Shown one piece after another: positions 8,909-18,145 of a stretch of DNA of 64,000 nt (the first letter of the stretch is position 1; the number at the start of each line of letters is the position of its first letter). The translations under genes and the position numbers were made by a program. The notes below the pieces were generated by a model. The model was given only the letters and a program-made list of their open reading frames with translations. It did not search any database and was not told the DNA's origin. Source of the stretch: an uncultured virus (IMG/VR IMGVR_UViG_3300045020_000151) (lineage: Duplodnaviria; Heunggongvirae; Uroviricota; Caudoviricetes). The stretch is taken from IMG/VR virus record IMGVR_UViG_3300045020_000151, one strand, 5' to 3'.

Positions 8909-9783
8909 AGTTTCTCCGGGACGATGAGTCTCCGGACACGCATGTCGAACCACTCGTAGTTCAAGCAGAGGTCGGCAATGATGTATGCCGACTTCCTGGT
9001 GAGGATCCTCAACTTCGCCTTGAAGAGATTCTCATCCGGACTCTGGTCCGGACCGGAACGGTAGTCCGGAAGATCTTTCCCGTTGAGAGACACCAGAGCG
9101 CAGGCGAGCTGGCAGAGCAGCAACTTCTCCATCGCGTAGGTGTCGCTGACTGCCTGGTCCTTGGCGAGGTACTGCTTGATGAAGAGGCTGTCCTCCGGCC
9201 GCATTGAGCGGAAGACCGGGACGAACTTGGTGGGGATGATGGGGACGACCTGATGCACCTCGTCCTTCATCAAGAGGTCTTCGAAGTCCATCGGTAGGCA
9301 CCGGGATTCGATCTCCTCCTTCCTCTTCTTGTTGTTGAGGACTCGCACGGCCTCGTTCTGACCGCCGAAGCTGAATTCGGCGAAGAGGTCCTCAACGACC
9401 TCCTTGTCCTTCTCGGTCTTCTTCTCTTCTTCAGCCTTCTTCGAGTCTGCCGCCGCGTTCTTGCTGGCCTCTCCGAGGGCCGCAAGAGCTTCGGCAGTCT
9501 CTTGACTCAAGACGGGGGAACCCGGAGGCCGAGGAGCCACCCCACCTTCCTCAGTCAAACCACTCGGGCCACCAGCTTGGGGACGAACCAGGGGTGGAAT
9601 CTGAGGGCGGGGAACCACCCCCACTGGAGTTTTGCTCTTCAGAGCGTTGACGTTCGGAGCCCGAGCTCTGGCTGCGGCGATCTTCGCCTCGTAGACCTTG
9701 AACTCGTCCGGGTCCACCGGGGCCTTGCCGAAGGAGATCTCTCGGATCTGCTCCGCGTTTGCTGGGTCGATGGGTTCCGTCAT
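8896..9783 (-). CDS. Putative tail assembly chaperone (gpG-like)
   Basis: 295 aa ending ...PEKLGNG* with slippery heptamer GGGAAAT just before the stop. Confidence 0.55.
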   Translation of the reverse strand: MTEPIDPANAEQIREISFGKAPVDPDEFKVYEAKIAAARARAPNVNALKSKTPVGVVPRPQIPPLVRPQAGGPSGLTEEGGVAPRPPGSPVLSQETAEALAALGEASKNAAADSKKAEEEKKTEKDKEVVEDLFAEFSFGGQNEAVRVLNNKKRKEEIESRCLPMDFEDLLMKDEVHQVVPIIPTKFVPVFRSMRPEDSLFIKQYLAKDQAVSDTYAMEKLLLCQLACALVSLNGKDLPDYRSGPDQSPDENLFKAKLRILTRKSAYIIADLCLNYEWFDMRVRRLIVPEKLGNG

Positions 9784-10149
9784 CTACAGTTCCTCGTCAT
9801 CGGAGATGGGGAGTCCTTTGCGGAACTCCGGTCGCGTGTCAACCGGACGGGTATGCTCGACTACCCCTTCCGGCAAGCCTGGTGACGCTCCTGCATTCTT
9901 GAGAAGAGAGCGGTCGAAGGTAACCGGAGCGGTGTAGTTGTCCACCGGGTACGGCACCTTCGGATCCAGAGGTTCCTGGGGCAGCCCTCCCTGCCACTCA
10001 GTCTTGCACTGCCGGCACTTCCGGACCACCACCCCGCCGTGGGAACTGCCGTCGTAGTCGTTGGCCCCACAGTTCGGACAGCCGGTGGTTCGCTTCTCCC
10101 GCTCCGGGATGATGGTGGGGTTGCGAGCGAGTTTGGACTCTTCATCCAT
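9784..10149 (-). CDS. Zn-ribbon hypothetical protein
   Basis: CPNCG...CRQC. Confidence 0.6.
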   Translation of the reverse strand: MDEESKLARNPTIIPEREKRTTGCPNCGANDYDGSSHGGVVVRKCRQCKTEWQGGLPQEPLDPKVPYPVDNYTAPVTFDRSLLKNAGASPGLPEGVVEHTRPVDTRPEFRKGLPISDDEEL

Positions 10150-10185
10150 CGAGGGCCACAGTATGGGTGTACAGACGTTGTATGT

Positions 10186-10671
10186 CTAGCCCTTTGTGAA
10201 TCGGGCTGTGATAGAGGCGCATAACTGGACGAACTCATCATGGGTCAGGTTCGACTTGACCATGTTGATGGACTTGGTGACCCAACGGCAATTCTCAATG
10301 GAAAGGATTCCGCCTTTGGTGAGAGGCACTATGTGGTCGAGACTGGCATTCACTCCTGGAACCAGTTCAACCCCGGTGTAGAAGCACCGACCCTTTTGTT
10401 CATCCCAGAGATTGGCCAGGGGAGGTCCCATGGAACGAGTCCCGAAATGGATCGAGGCTACGTTCCGGAACCAGTCGTTGAGGCAAAGTGTGCCGACTGT
10501 GGCCGGAAGAGGACAGTGCAAACAGATACCATTCTCCTTCTTCCTCCGATAGTGCTCGGACCAGTTCGTCTTGTTCTTGGGTGTTCGCGGCGAACGGACT
10601 TTTGAACGTCCTACCGACGCGGCGAATTCGGTCGCTTTGGCCAACCTTCTTTGTCGATTGGTGAGTGCCAT
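10186..10671 (-). CDS. HNH endonuclease
   Basis: QKGRCFYTG...ASLDHIVPLTKGG...NCRWV...NMVK; start ATG 10671. Confidence 0.8.
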   Translation of the reverse strand: MALTNRQRRLAKATEFAASVGRSKVRSPRTPKNKTNWSEHYRRKKENGICLHCPLPATVGTLCLNDWFRNVASIHFGTRSMGPPLANLWDEQKGRCFYTGVELVPGVNASLDHIVPLTKGGILSIENCRWVTKSINMVKSNLTHDEFVQLCASITARFTKG

Positions 10672-10706
10672 GTACAACAGTACAAGTACTAGAGTACAGA
10701 CAAAAG

Positions 10707-10892
10707 TCAATGGGATTCGACAACGACCACCTTCGCGCCGATAGCCTTAGCATATCTCTCGATGGTGAGGATTGATGGATCCCCACAGTTCCCGCTCTCG
10801 ATGTTGTGCACCTGCTGCCTTGAAACCTTCATCTTCCGGGCAGCCTCGGAGGCAGTCATCCGCTTACGACGGACGCGGATGAGCGCCTTCAT
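10707..10892 (-). CDS. XRE-family helix-turn-helix regulator
   Basis: RKRMTASEAARKMKVSRQQVHNIESG...PSILTIERYAKAIG. Confidence 0.8.
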   Translation of the reverse strand: MKALIRVRRKRMTASEAARKMKVSRQQVHNIESGNCGDPSILTIERYAKAIGAKVVVVESH

Positions 10893-11181
10893 GACCTTTG
10901 TCACTGGCCGCTCCTGGGATTCCTCGGTAGACGCTGGCGTGAAGAACGAAGACGTTGCTCTCAATCTCCTTCTGGAAGACCGTCTTGATGATGGCCATCC
11001 CTGTTTCTTCATCGAAGTTCTTCGACATGCCGATTCGAACCTCGAAAGTGGTGACCTCACCCCTGGGGGCGGGTACCGCCTGGACCGATATGAAGAGGAT
11101 TCCGGCCGCCGGGGGCAGAATCCGGAGCCGGGATTCGATGTACTCGACGACCTTCTTGGCGTCTTCGCTGACGTAGTCCAT
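10864..11181 (-). CDS. Hypothetical protein
   Basis: Start taken at ATG 11181 (MDYVSED); first gene of the leftward operon. Confidence 0.55.
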   Translation of the reverse strand: MDYVSEDAKKVVEYIESRLRILPPAAGILFISVQAVPAPRGEVTTFEVRIGMSKNFDEETGMAIIKTVFQKEIESNVFVLHASVYRGIPGAASDKGHEGAHPRPS

Positions 11182-11219
11182 GCGCCCCAACAGGACCACC
11201 GTCCAAAGAGGCTGTCAAG

Positions 11220-11246
11220 TAATCCGTTTACACTTCTTGGCATAAG
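11220..11246 (+). promoter_or_regulatory. Repeated phage promoter motif copy (TAATC-N14-GGCATAAG)
   Basis: One of 14 copies, located at the start of a plus-strand module. Confidence 0.6.
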
Positions 11247-11292
11247 ACTTTAGCGCCCCAGAGGTTTACCTCTGGGGTTTCAAGAGGAGCCA

Positions 11293-11526
11293 ATGGCACC
11301 CGTCGAGAAACCCAAATGCCGCATCTGCAAGAAGGAGAAGTGCTGGGAGCACTGTCAGGAGGTTCCTGACGGAAAGCACGTTCCCTCGAAGCTCATGAAG
11401 CACATCCACATTGCCGACGTTGTGGATACGGCCCCTGGAGGCTACTTCGTCGTCGACGTGAACTGCGCAGCCTGTGGAATCAGTGGTAGCGTCAAGGTCA
11501 ACTTCAACGAACTAGAATGGGGCTGA
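11293..11526 (+). CDS. Small Cys/His-rich hypothetical protein
   Basis: 77 aa, GAGGAG SD. Confidence 0.6.
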   Translation: MAPVEKPKCRICKKEKCWEHCQEVPDGKHVPSKLMKHIHIADVVDTAPGGYFVVDVNCAACGISGSVKVNFNELEWG

Positions 11527-11527
11527 C

Positions 11528-11983
11528 ATGAAACTGCTTCTCAGGGTCACTAGCACCGACGAGCATTTCGACGCCGACATCGGTGGGGCCCTCATCGACA
11601 TTGATGAAGAACTGGCCAAGACGATTCTGAAGAGAATCTCCTGGTTCAACAGATTCAAGGACAAGAACGACAAGGAATTGGTCGAGATGCTCTACCAGGA
11701 TCGAGAGGCTTGTTACCTAGAGCACGAGGTCTTGATGAACCACATCTCAGATGACCAAAGAGAGGAGCTGGACAACGAGGGTCACATCGAGACCGAACTG
11801 ACCATCTTCGACTTGGGCCGCACTGACGTCGAAGGTTGCTACATGCAGATCGGACCCGATTACGTCCAATGGACCGGCTACCCCGAGTACACGAGCATCA
11901 CTCTGACCACTGAAGCCCTCCCGACGAACTTCATCGAGGGACTCATCAAGGCTGAACCCAAACCGAAGGCGAAGAAGGAATGA
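11528..11983 (+). CDS. Hypothetical protein
   Basis: 151 aa ORF. Confidence 0.65.
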   Translation: MKLLLRVTSTDEHFDADIGGALIDIDEELAKTILKRISWFNRFKDKNDKELVEMLYQDREACYLEHEVLMNHISDDQREELDNEGHIETELTIFDLGRTDVEGCYMQIGPDYVQWTGYPEYTSITLTTEALPTNFIEGLIKAEPKPKAKKE

Positions 11984-12300
11984 GCTCCATTACCTACTTC
12001 CCGAGGGTGTACTGCCCGATGTGGGTCTACGGGACGTACATCATCACTCCAGAGGGTATCCTCCACGTTCGAGAGTTGCTCGCTCAGGACAAGGTCTGGT
12101 GCTGCAACAACAACGTGCCGGCCGAGTTCAGATGGATCAAGCTTGAACTGATGACCGACAAACACAAGAGGAACCTCCTCAAATGGCTGATGGAGCGAGC
12201 TGCCAGGTACAAGCCCTGGTGGAGGTTCTTCGAGGATCCGGAACGTTGGATGAGGCGTCAGCCTCTCGTTCTGAGGCTACAGTCCTTGTTGGACGATTAG
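11980..12300 (+). CDS. Hypothetical protein
   Basis: 106 aa ORF, ATGA overlap. Confidence 0.6.
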   Translation: MSSITYFPRVYCPMWVYGTYIITPEGILHVRELLAQDKVWCCNNNVPAEFRWIKLELMTDKHKRNLLKWLMERAARYKPWWRFFEDPERWMRRQPLVLRLQSLLDD

Positions 12301-12302
12301 AG

Positions 12303-12329
12303 CGATTCCCGAAGGGTCTGAGGGATAAG
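12303..12329 (+). promoter_or_regulatory. Repeated promoter motif copy (CGATT-N14-GGGATAAG)
   Basis: Motif match in intergenic DNA. Confidence 0.55.
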
Positions 12330-12778
12330 AAGAGGGACAGAGACAAACCCAGAGCTTCATTCAGGTTTCTGTCCTTCTTCGCTGACTAAAGGGTAGGGGT
12401 CTCCTCTCTCATCCTCTTCTTCTCTACCGAGAAGAAGCGAAGGGCCTGCTCGAAGGAGAGGACTCGCACCGGATCGGGGAACAGTTCCCTTCATGCTCGG
12501 GCGTGCGTGTCTTTCATTCCTTCGACGGGAACCTCCGGACGAGTGGAGACTCGTGCTCCGCCGCGATCTGGTCGGACAAGGACCGTCTGGGTTCGGAGTT
12601 CAACAGCTCTGCCCGTACGTCCCTCTTGCTGGCGCTCTCAGCTTCCGATTGAGCAATCATGGGAGCCTCACGGTCATCCGCAGCTCGCAACGGGGCGTCT
12701 CCAGCCTCAAGGCTACGTACGTCAAGCCGCCGTCAATGTACGGCGTCACCATCCCGACTTCAACAGGAGAACACCAAC

Positions 12779-13072
12779 ATGACGAAGCAGGAACAGAAAG
12801 CGAGGTTCGCACAGGCACTTGCGGAGGCTCACAAGTACGGCCCCTGGACGCTGCAACAGCGGGACTCCTATGGAGAGTGGAAGAACATCGGCTCCAGCAT
12901 CTGGGGTCGCGACACGGCCCTGGAGAAGCTCCAGGAGGCCATCAAGAGCCAGGGCGGTGACTGGAGAGCTCTTCCGAAGAACGAGGCCGACAAGTATCGT
13001 GAAGGCATCAAGCAGGGCAAAGAACTTGGGGGAAGCATTCCCCAGGGAATGTACCTACCGGACAGGATCTAA
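12779..13072 (+). CDS. Hypothetical protein
   Basis: ATG 12779 (MTKQEQ) after ACAGGAG leader. Confidence 0.65.
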   Translation: MTKQEQKARFAQALAEAHKYGPWTLQQRDSYGEWKNIGSSIWGRDTALEKLQEAIKSQGGDWRALPKNEADKYREGIKQGKELGGSIPQGMYLPDRI

Positions 13073-13074
13073 AC

Positions 13075-13431
13075 GTGCCCAGACTGAAAGCTGGACTCGT
13101 AGTCGCCATCTTTGCGTTGGTGCTCCCAGACTGGCTTCGGCTTCACTCTGAGAGACAGCAAGCGGAGGACAACGCAGAGCGGGCAGTGGAGTTGGCGGAG
13201 TGGAAGGGTCAACAGGTTGAGACCTGCATGTCCACTCTCCAGGTCTGCAAAGAAGGAATGGGCCCAGAGCTGCACAAGGCCCAGATGATTGTTCTGATCC
13301 AAGCCCAGACGGCGTCGTTGGTGAGAGCGGCTCAGAACGGAGACAGAGAAGCGACAACCAGACTCGCCGAACTCGGATGGTCTTGGGACACGAATCGTCG
13401 TGTTCTCCAGGCGTCCTTGTCAGGAGAGTAG
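13075..13431 (+). CDS. Membrane-anchored hypothetical protein
   Basis: N-terminal hydrophobic helix followed by helical segment. Confidence 0.5.
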   Translation: MPRLKAGLVVAIFALVLPDWLRLHSERQQAEDNAERAVELAEWKGQQVETCMSTLQVCKEGMGPELHKAQMIVLIQAQTASLVRAAQNGDREATTRLAELGWSWDTNRRVLQASLSGE

Positions 13432-13439
13432 GAGGGGTA

Positions 13440-13643
13440 GTGGCACTCATCAAGAAGTCGGGGGACGGAAGCTTCGTCTTCATCCGTGGGAAGCATGAAG
13501 GACAGACGCTGGACGAGGTGGCTGAGGAAGATCCGAGCTACCTCCAGTGGCTGCAAGCAGACGTGAAGTCGGAGGATCTCCCGAAGGAAGTCTGGGAGGC
13601 CCTCGAAACGACGATGGAAGAGAATGGGATAGAGCCTCGATGA
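13440..13643 (+). CDS. Small protein with GKHxG...DPSYLxW motif (ExoX C-terminal/DUF3820-like)
   Basis: FIRGKHEGQTLDEVAEEDPSYLQWL; GTG start after GGAGG. Confidence 0.6.
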   Translation: MALIKKSGDGSFVFIRGKHEGQTLDEVAEEDPSYLQWLQADVKSEDLPKEVWEALETTMEENGIEPR

Positions 13644-13684
13644 GTCTCTTCCCTCCTCCATTGGCAAGGTTCTACAGTAGGTTC

Positions 13685-13945
13685 ATGGAACCCTCGACCC
13701 TCAACGGCTTCTTCGACGAACTCCTGGCAATCGAGAAGGACGCCGGGATTCGTGAGGCCCTGATGGCTGGAACCAAGGCCGTCAAGCAGGTGGGCGGCAA
13801 GGCGAACCAGCTCGCGTTGAAGGGAGTCGCCGCAGCTCACCGGTTCCCGGGTGGCACGTCGGTCATGAACCACATCCTGAATCCCAACAACGCTCCGGAC
13901 CTAGCACAGAGCTTCGGAACGGCTGCTCGATTCCTTGGCGGGTAG
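13685..13945 (+). CDS. Putative virion-associated protein with FFDEL N-terminal motif
   Basis: MEPSTLNGFFDELLAIEKDAG, Gly/Ala-rich. Confidence 0.5.
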   Translation: MEPSTLNGFFDELLAIEKDAGIREALMAGTKAVKQVGGKANQLALKGVAAAHRFPGGTSVMNHILNPNNAPDLAQSFGTAARFLGG

Positions 13946-14099
13946 CAGCACTCGCAGTAGGAAGTGATCCAACTGGGTTGAGGGAAGACCTCCCCAAATC
14001 TCGGCCACGTCACAAGCATGACACTCGATGACGAAGAGGCCTTTCGTCAGTTCATCAATCTTTGCTGTCCCACCGCATCTCAGGCATAGGGAGAGGGTC

Positions 14100-14384
14100 A
14101 TGCCATCCAATCTGGAAGTGGAGATGAAGGCGCTGCTTGAAGAGGTCGAGAAGATTCTGCCATCCCTGAAGTGGCGGCTCGTGCCACCAACTGACTCTGA
14201 GCCGATCCTAGGTCTCAAAGTCTACTCCGGGGAAGCAGAAGGTTGGATGGTCAATGTCGCCAAGACCAAGAACGAAATCGACGGCGCCGCCTCCCACACG
14301 GAGAAGATGGCCATCATCCATCTCACAAAGGAACTTGCGCAGCAGGCATTCGAACTCGCAGAGAAAGGCCCGACGTACTTCTAA
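14100..14384 (+). CDS. Hypothetical protein
   Basis: ATG 14100 (MPSNLE) after GGGAGAGGG. Confidence 0.6.
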   Translation: MPSNLEVEMKALLEEVEKILPSLKWRLVPPTDSEPILGLKVYSGEAEGWMVNVAKTKNEIDGAASHTEKMAIIHLTKELAQQAFELAEKGPTYF

Positions 14385-14402
14385 CCCACAGGGAGAAACA
14401 CA

Positions 14403-15602
14403 ATGGCAGATGCGAAGAAGGTGCTGGTCCTCACCGATGACGATGGAGTTCCGTACGACGTGCTCCTTCTGGACGCCTCAATCAGCAAGGAGGCGATCGA
14501 AGACTTCATGGAGATCATGGAGGTAATGGGGGAGGCCTCCTACCTGTTCGGTGAGGAGATCCTGCACAACGAGACCGAACTATCCGCTTGCATCAAAGAG
14601 AAGTGGGACGAGCAAGGTCTCATCGCTGATGAACTGCCCAAGCTCATCGAGGCGCTGAAGGCGGAACGCTACTCCTATGATGCGATCTGGCTGAAGAAGC
14701 CAGTCCTCAGCGTCAACCACTTCTGGGACTCACAGGTGATGGCCGACTTCCTCGATCGAGAGCTGAAGAACGACCCCATCCGTGATGGTCTCAAGACGGT
14801 TCTCACAAGGCTCCACGCCTCGAAGCATCAACAGGTCATCGACAACCTGCAAGCCATGGGAATCAGCGCCAGGTTCCACCATGACCGCCTCGAAGTGGAC
14901 TTGGAGACGGTCCGAGAGGCCTTCGGTAGCAATCCCTGCAAAGAGGTCCTCAGCGCTCACGACAAAGCCACGGCCGCCATCGTTGCGACGGCACTGGGTA
15001 AGCGGGTGGAGGACATGAACGTCGGCAAGATCTCCGGCCGCTGGTCCTGCAAGGAGCCCAACCTCCAGGAGATACCGAAGGGTGGCCACTTCCCCAATGC
15101 TCTCTATGAGGAGCTACCCAGGCCGCCCAACGGGTCATGGGATCACTTCGGTGAGCCATTCGAGATCCAAGCCATCGACGGTGGACCTCTGAAGGACGAC
15201 AAGGAGGCCCAGGCGAAGCACCGAGAAGAGTGTGGTTGCTCCTGGCCAGAGTTCGACTACCACGCCGCTTTCCATGCGTGGTGGAACCTCGACCTCTCTC
15301 CCCTGAACTCCATCACTGGAGCGCAGATCTCGGAGATGCTCGTCATCGCTCAACGCTCAACGTTTGGCGACTACACCGACGTGATCAAACAGAAGCTCTC
15401 CCGCATCCTGGATCTGGCGGACCAGTTCGGGATCGGGAAAGTCGTCCAGGCGGCCCAAGGTTCCATCAGGCTGCTGAAGGACTTCGAGTTGGACAGGAAG
15501 GCAGGCATCATCGGACCTTTCCAGTTCGGCGATGCGGAGACTGATGGCCGACTCGCACTGGAGACCAAACGCGATTCATGGACATCACGAAGAAAGAGCT
15601 GA
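14403..15602 (+). CDS. Hypothetical protein containing a short PolA-like peptide (SGRWSCKEPNLQEIP)
   Basis: 399 aa, CCCACAGGGAG leader. Confidence 0.7.
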   Translation: MADAKKVLVLTDDDGVPYDVLLLDASISKEAIEDFMEIMEVMGEASYLFGEEILHNETELSACIKEKWDEQGLIADELPKLIEALKAERYSYDAIWLKKPVLSVNHFWDSQVMADFLDRELKNDPIRDGLKTVLTRLHASKHQQVIDNLQAMGISARFHHDRLEVDLETVREAFGSNPCKEVLSAHDKATAAIVATALGKRVEDMNVGKISGRWSCKEPNLQEIPKGGHFPNALYEELPRPPNGSWDHFGEPFEIQAIDGGPLKDDKEAQAKHREECGCSWPEFDYHAAFHAWWNLDLSPLNSITGAQISEMLVIAQRSTFGDYTDVIKQKLSRILDLADQFGIGKVVQAAQGSIRLLKDFELDRKAGIIGPFQFGDAETDGRLALETKRDSWTSRRKS

Positions 15603-15958
15603 GAAGGCTCAAGAAGGAAGCAACCCTCCACATCGAGAATGAGGCGGAAGCCCACGGTCTCGATGTGGAGGATCGCATCTACGAGAAGCTGGAACGCATC
15701 CTCACCGCGAAGACGGCTGAAGAAGCCAAGTACTTCGTGGATCGAGTGAAGAGCTCACACAACGTCCATTGCCTAGTAGAGGGCAAGCGTACTCGGACCG
15801 TGGAGTGGTACCAGCGCAACTCCAACAAGGCTCGTAGTTTGGCGAAGTCGATGATGGCGAAGGGTGAGGAAGACGAAGCCGAGAGGCACCTCGCAAGAGC
15901 AAAACGGTACGACTCGGAAGCGGTGAAGTTGGCGGGCGGGAAGGAGGTCAACAACTAA
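15578..15958 (+). CDS. Hypothetical protein
   Basis: 126 aa ORF. Confidence 0.6.
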   Translation: MDITKKELRRLKKEATLHIENEAEAHGLDVEDRIYEKLERILTAKTAEEAKYFVDRVKSSHNVHCLVEGKRTRTVEWYQRNSNKARSLAKSMMAKGEEDEAERHLARAKRYDSEAVKLAGGKEVNN

Positions 15959-15974
15959 CCCACAGGGAGAAGTC

Positions 15975-16310
15975 ATGAAGAAGGAAGAAGTGCGACCAGT
16001 CTCAGTCAAGCACAGCCTGTACACCACTCACGACGTGTCCAAGCTTCTCAGTTGCGATACAGCCACCGTAGCCAAGTGGATCGACAAAGGATTCATCCTG
16101 GCCTATCGAACCCCGGGTGGTCATCGACGGGTCCAGGCTCCTCATCTGGTGGCGTTCCTGAAGTGCTTCGGGATGCCCATCCCAGAGGTACTCTCGGCCT
16201 ATCAGAATCAGGTGCTGCCCCTGCCGACGAAGCAGGCCGCCGAGCAACGGGAACGGTCGTTCGGTGGTTCACACCATCACACGCACCATACGAAGCGGGT
16301 TCACAAGTAG
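15975..16310 (+). CDS. Excisionase/MerR-like (HTH_17, BldC-like) DNA-binding protein
   Basis: YTTHDVSKLLSCDTATVAKWIDKGFILAYRTPGGHRRV. Confidence 0.85.
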   Translation: MKKEEVRPVSVKHSLYTTHDVSKLLSCDTATVAKWIDKGFILAYRTPGGHRRVQAPHLVAFLKCFGMPIPEVLSAYQNQVLPLPTKQAAEQRERSFGGSHHHTHHTKRVHK

Positions 16311-16346
16311 CTCGGCCGACCTGTGGATAGCGGGTAGAATCACCGC

Positions 16347-16748
16347 ATGCCAGATCCCTTGAGCCAGGCAGAAAAGAAGAAGGCCAGTAACAGGGCCTGG
16401 CACAAGGTCTGGTACCCAGCCCATCTAAAGGAAGCCAAAGTTCGAAGACAGTCCGTCAGTTCAAGATGGACTCATCTCAAGAACAGTGCGAAGGATCGTG
16501 GGCTTCTTGTCAGCATCAGCTTTGAAGAGTTCAAGGAACTGACTTCTTCACCTTGCTGGTACTGCGGTGGGATGAGCCCAGGCTACAACTTCGTTGGCGT
16601 CGACAGATTGGACGTAGATGAGGGCTACATTCCTGGTAACTGCGTTCCCTGTTGCAGCACTCACAACTACATGAAGAGGGGAATGTCAGTGGCTCAGTTC
16701 ATCACCGAATGCGAGAAGGTTGTAGCCTTCTGTGGGAAGGAACCGTAA
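16347..16748 (+). CDS. HNH-type endonuclease
   Basis: PCWYCG...GVDRLD..GY..GNCVPCC..HN.MK. Confidence 0.75.
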   Translation: MPDPLSQAEKKKASNRAWHKVWYPAHLKEAKVRRQSVSSRWTHLKNSAKDRGLLVSISFEEFKELTSSPCWYCGGMSPGYNFVGVDRLDVDEGYIPGNCVPCCSTHNYMKRGMSVAQFITECEKVVAFCGKEP

Positions 16749-16762
16749 GCAGGACCATCTGT

Positions 16763-17050
16763 ATGTCGGATCCAAAGATGGACCTGGAGAAGCTCAAGGC
16801 CGTGAAGGAATGGTCAGAAGACCTGGCCGATGAGCTGACCCTCAGGTCCGATCTGTTGCCGTGCAAGAACCTCGATAGAGGAGACTGCCTCAGTCGTCAG
16901 AGGCACCTCCTCATCGAGGAGATGAAGCCTTCCAAGATGTGCATTCGTTGCCAGGCCAGGTGGTTCATTCTCCGAGGCGTCAAACTCATCGGCGACGTCT
17001 ACACCGCCAAGACGACTCCCAGCCTGGAAGCCAAGCCAGACTTTTCGTAA
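16763..17050 (+). CDS. Hypothetical protein
   Basis: ATG 16763 (MSDPKMD). Confidence 0.5.
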   Translation: MSDPKMDLEKLKAVKEWSEDLADELTLRSDLLPCKNLDRGDCLSRQRHLLIEEMKPSKMCIRCQARWFILRGVKLIGDVYTAKTTPSLEAKPDFS

Positions 17051-17059
17051 GGAGCAGTT

Positions 17060-17662
17060 GTGGAATACCCAATCGTGATTTGGCCTGCTCCGGTTCTCCT
17101 GGAGCGGGCGAAGCCCTTCCTCTGGGATCCTCAAGACCCAGAGGCCAACGCGCTCTACCTGGACAAGCTCACTGCGGTGATGCTGGCCGCAATGATTCAT
17201 GCCCACGGCATCGGCATCGCTGCTCCGCAAATCGGAGAGTCGGTCCGGGTCGTCCTCGCCGTGGACAAGGCAGACCCGACCAGGAAGCTGCACACTCTCA
17301 TCAATCCGGAGATCATCGAGAACCACGTCGAGATCGATTCCAAGAATGAACAGTGCCTCTCACTTCCCGGAGAAGGTTTCGACGTTGTCCGCTTCAAGCG
17401 CATCCTGGTGAAGTACCAGGACATGGACGGCAAGTCCCAGACGATGTTCGCTGAGGGCTTCTTTGCCATCGAGCTCCAGCATGAGATTGACCATCTCGAC
17501 GGCAAACTCTTGGTCGACAAGGTGTCCCAGACGAAGAGGACGATGATTCGGGACAGGATGAACCTGTTGAAGAAGAAGCAGAAGCGAGCAGGTGACACCT
17601 GGCTGAATCTGGACGAGCTGGCGGAGAAGTTGCTCATCGCAGAAGCAGTGGCCTCTTCATGA
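17060..17662 (+). CDS. def: Peptide deformylase
   Basis: Motifs GIGIAAPQIG, EQCLS (EGCLS-like), QHEIDHLDG. Confidence 0.92.
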   Translation: MEYPIVIWPAPVLLERAKPFLWDPQDPEANALYLDKLTAVMLAAMIHAHGIGIAAPQIGESVRVVLAVDKADPTRKLHTLINPEIIENHVEIDSKNEQCLSLPGEGFDVVRFKRILVKYQDMDGKSQTMFAEGFFAIELQHEIDHLDGKLLVDKVSQTKRTMIRDRMNLLKKKQKRAGDTWLNLDELAEKLLIAEAVASS

Positions 17663-17931
17663 CCACCTCGATGGTCGCTACCTTCCTCACTGCCACCAAC
17701 ATGATGAACAAGGCCAAAGAAGTCGCTGACCAGCCGAACCCATGTGGGGAGATCCAACTGGCGCTGCACGAGCACTGCCAGCTTCGAGACGAACCGGAGT
17801 GGATGAGCTGGTTCAAGAACTGGAAAGAGCTACCCGAAATCCAACGGGCCTGGCACGAGGCCTACCCACTTTCGAAGGAAAGCAATGTTCAACGACGAGA
17901 AGCTCCGAGAGGAGTTCAACCGCATCTTTGA
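17659..17931 (+). CDS. Hypothetical protein
   Basis: 90 aa ORF, ATGA overlap. Confidence 0.5.
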   Translation: MTTSMVATFLTATNMMNKAKEVADQPNPCGEIQLALHEHCQLRDEPEWMSWFKNWKELPEIQRAWHEAYPLSKESNVQRREAPRGVQPHL

Positions 17932-18145
17932 GATGATCGACCATGCCCCTTCACCGACAGGTCGGTTACCGACCAAAGAAGCTGGCCCTGCCCTACAGCA
18001 ATTCCCGCCTCGCACTACTATGGGCGAGGAGGTTCGCAAGGCCTTTGGCAGGGACGATTGGGCCAAACTCGTCTCCGTCGACTACGGAGAACTCGAACTA
18101 CGAGCCGCCGCTGCCGAGATCCTAGGGAACAGTGGCGAAGACTGA
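17885..18145 (+). CDS. Stand-alone family A DNA polymerase fragment (TGRL...motif A)
   Basis: TGRLPTKEAGPALQQFPPRTTMGEEVRKAF...LVSVDYGELELRAAA aligns by eye to PolA TGRLSS.PNLQNIP.R...GR.IR.AF...SADYSQIELR. Confidence 0.7.
   Translation: MFNDEKLREEFNRIFEMIDHAPSPTGRLPTKEAGPALQQFPPRTTMGEEVRKAFGRDDWAKLVSVDYGELELRAAAAEILGNSGED

Noticed and set aside
13901..14101. Minus-strand CxxC...CxxC ORF (MTLSLCLRCGG...ECHAC)
   Set aside because: Shares its start CATG with a plus-strand gene, overlaps the 13685 gene end and has no SD; possible but unsupported
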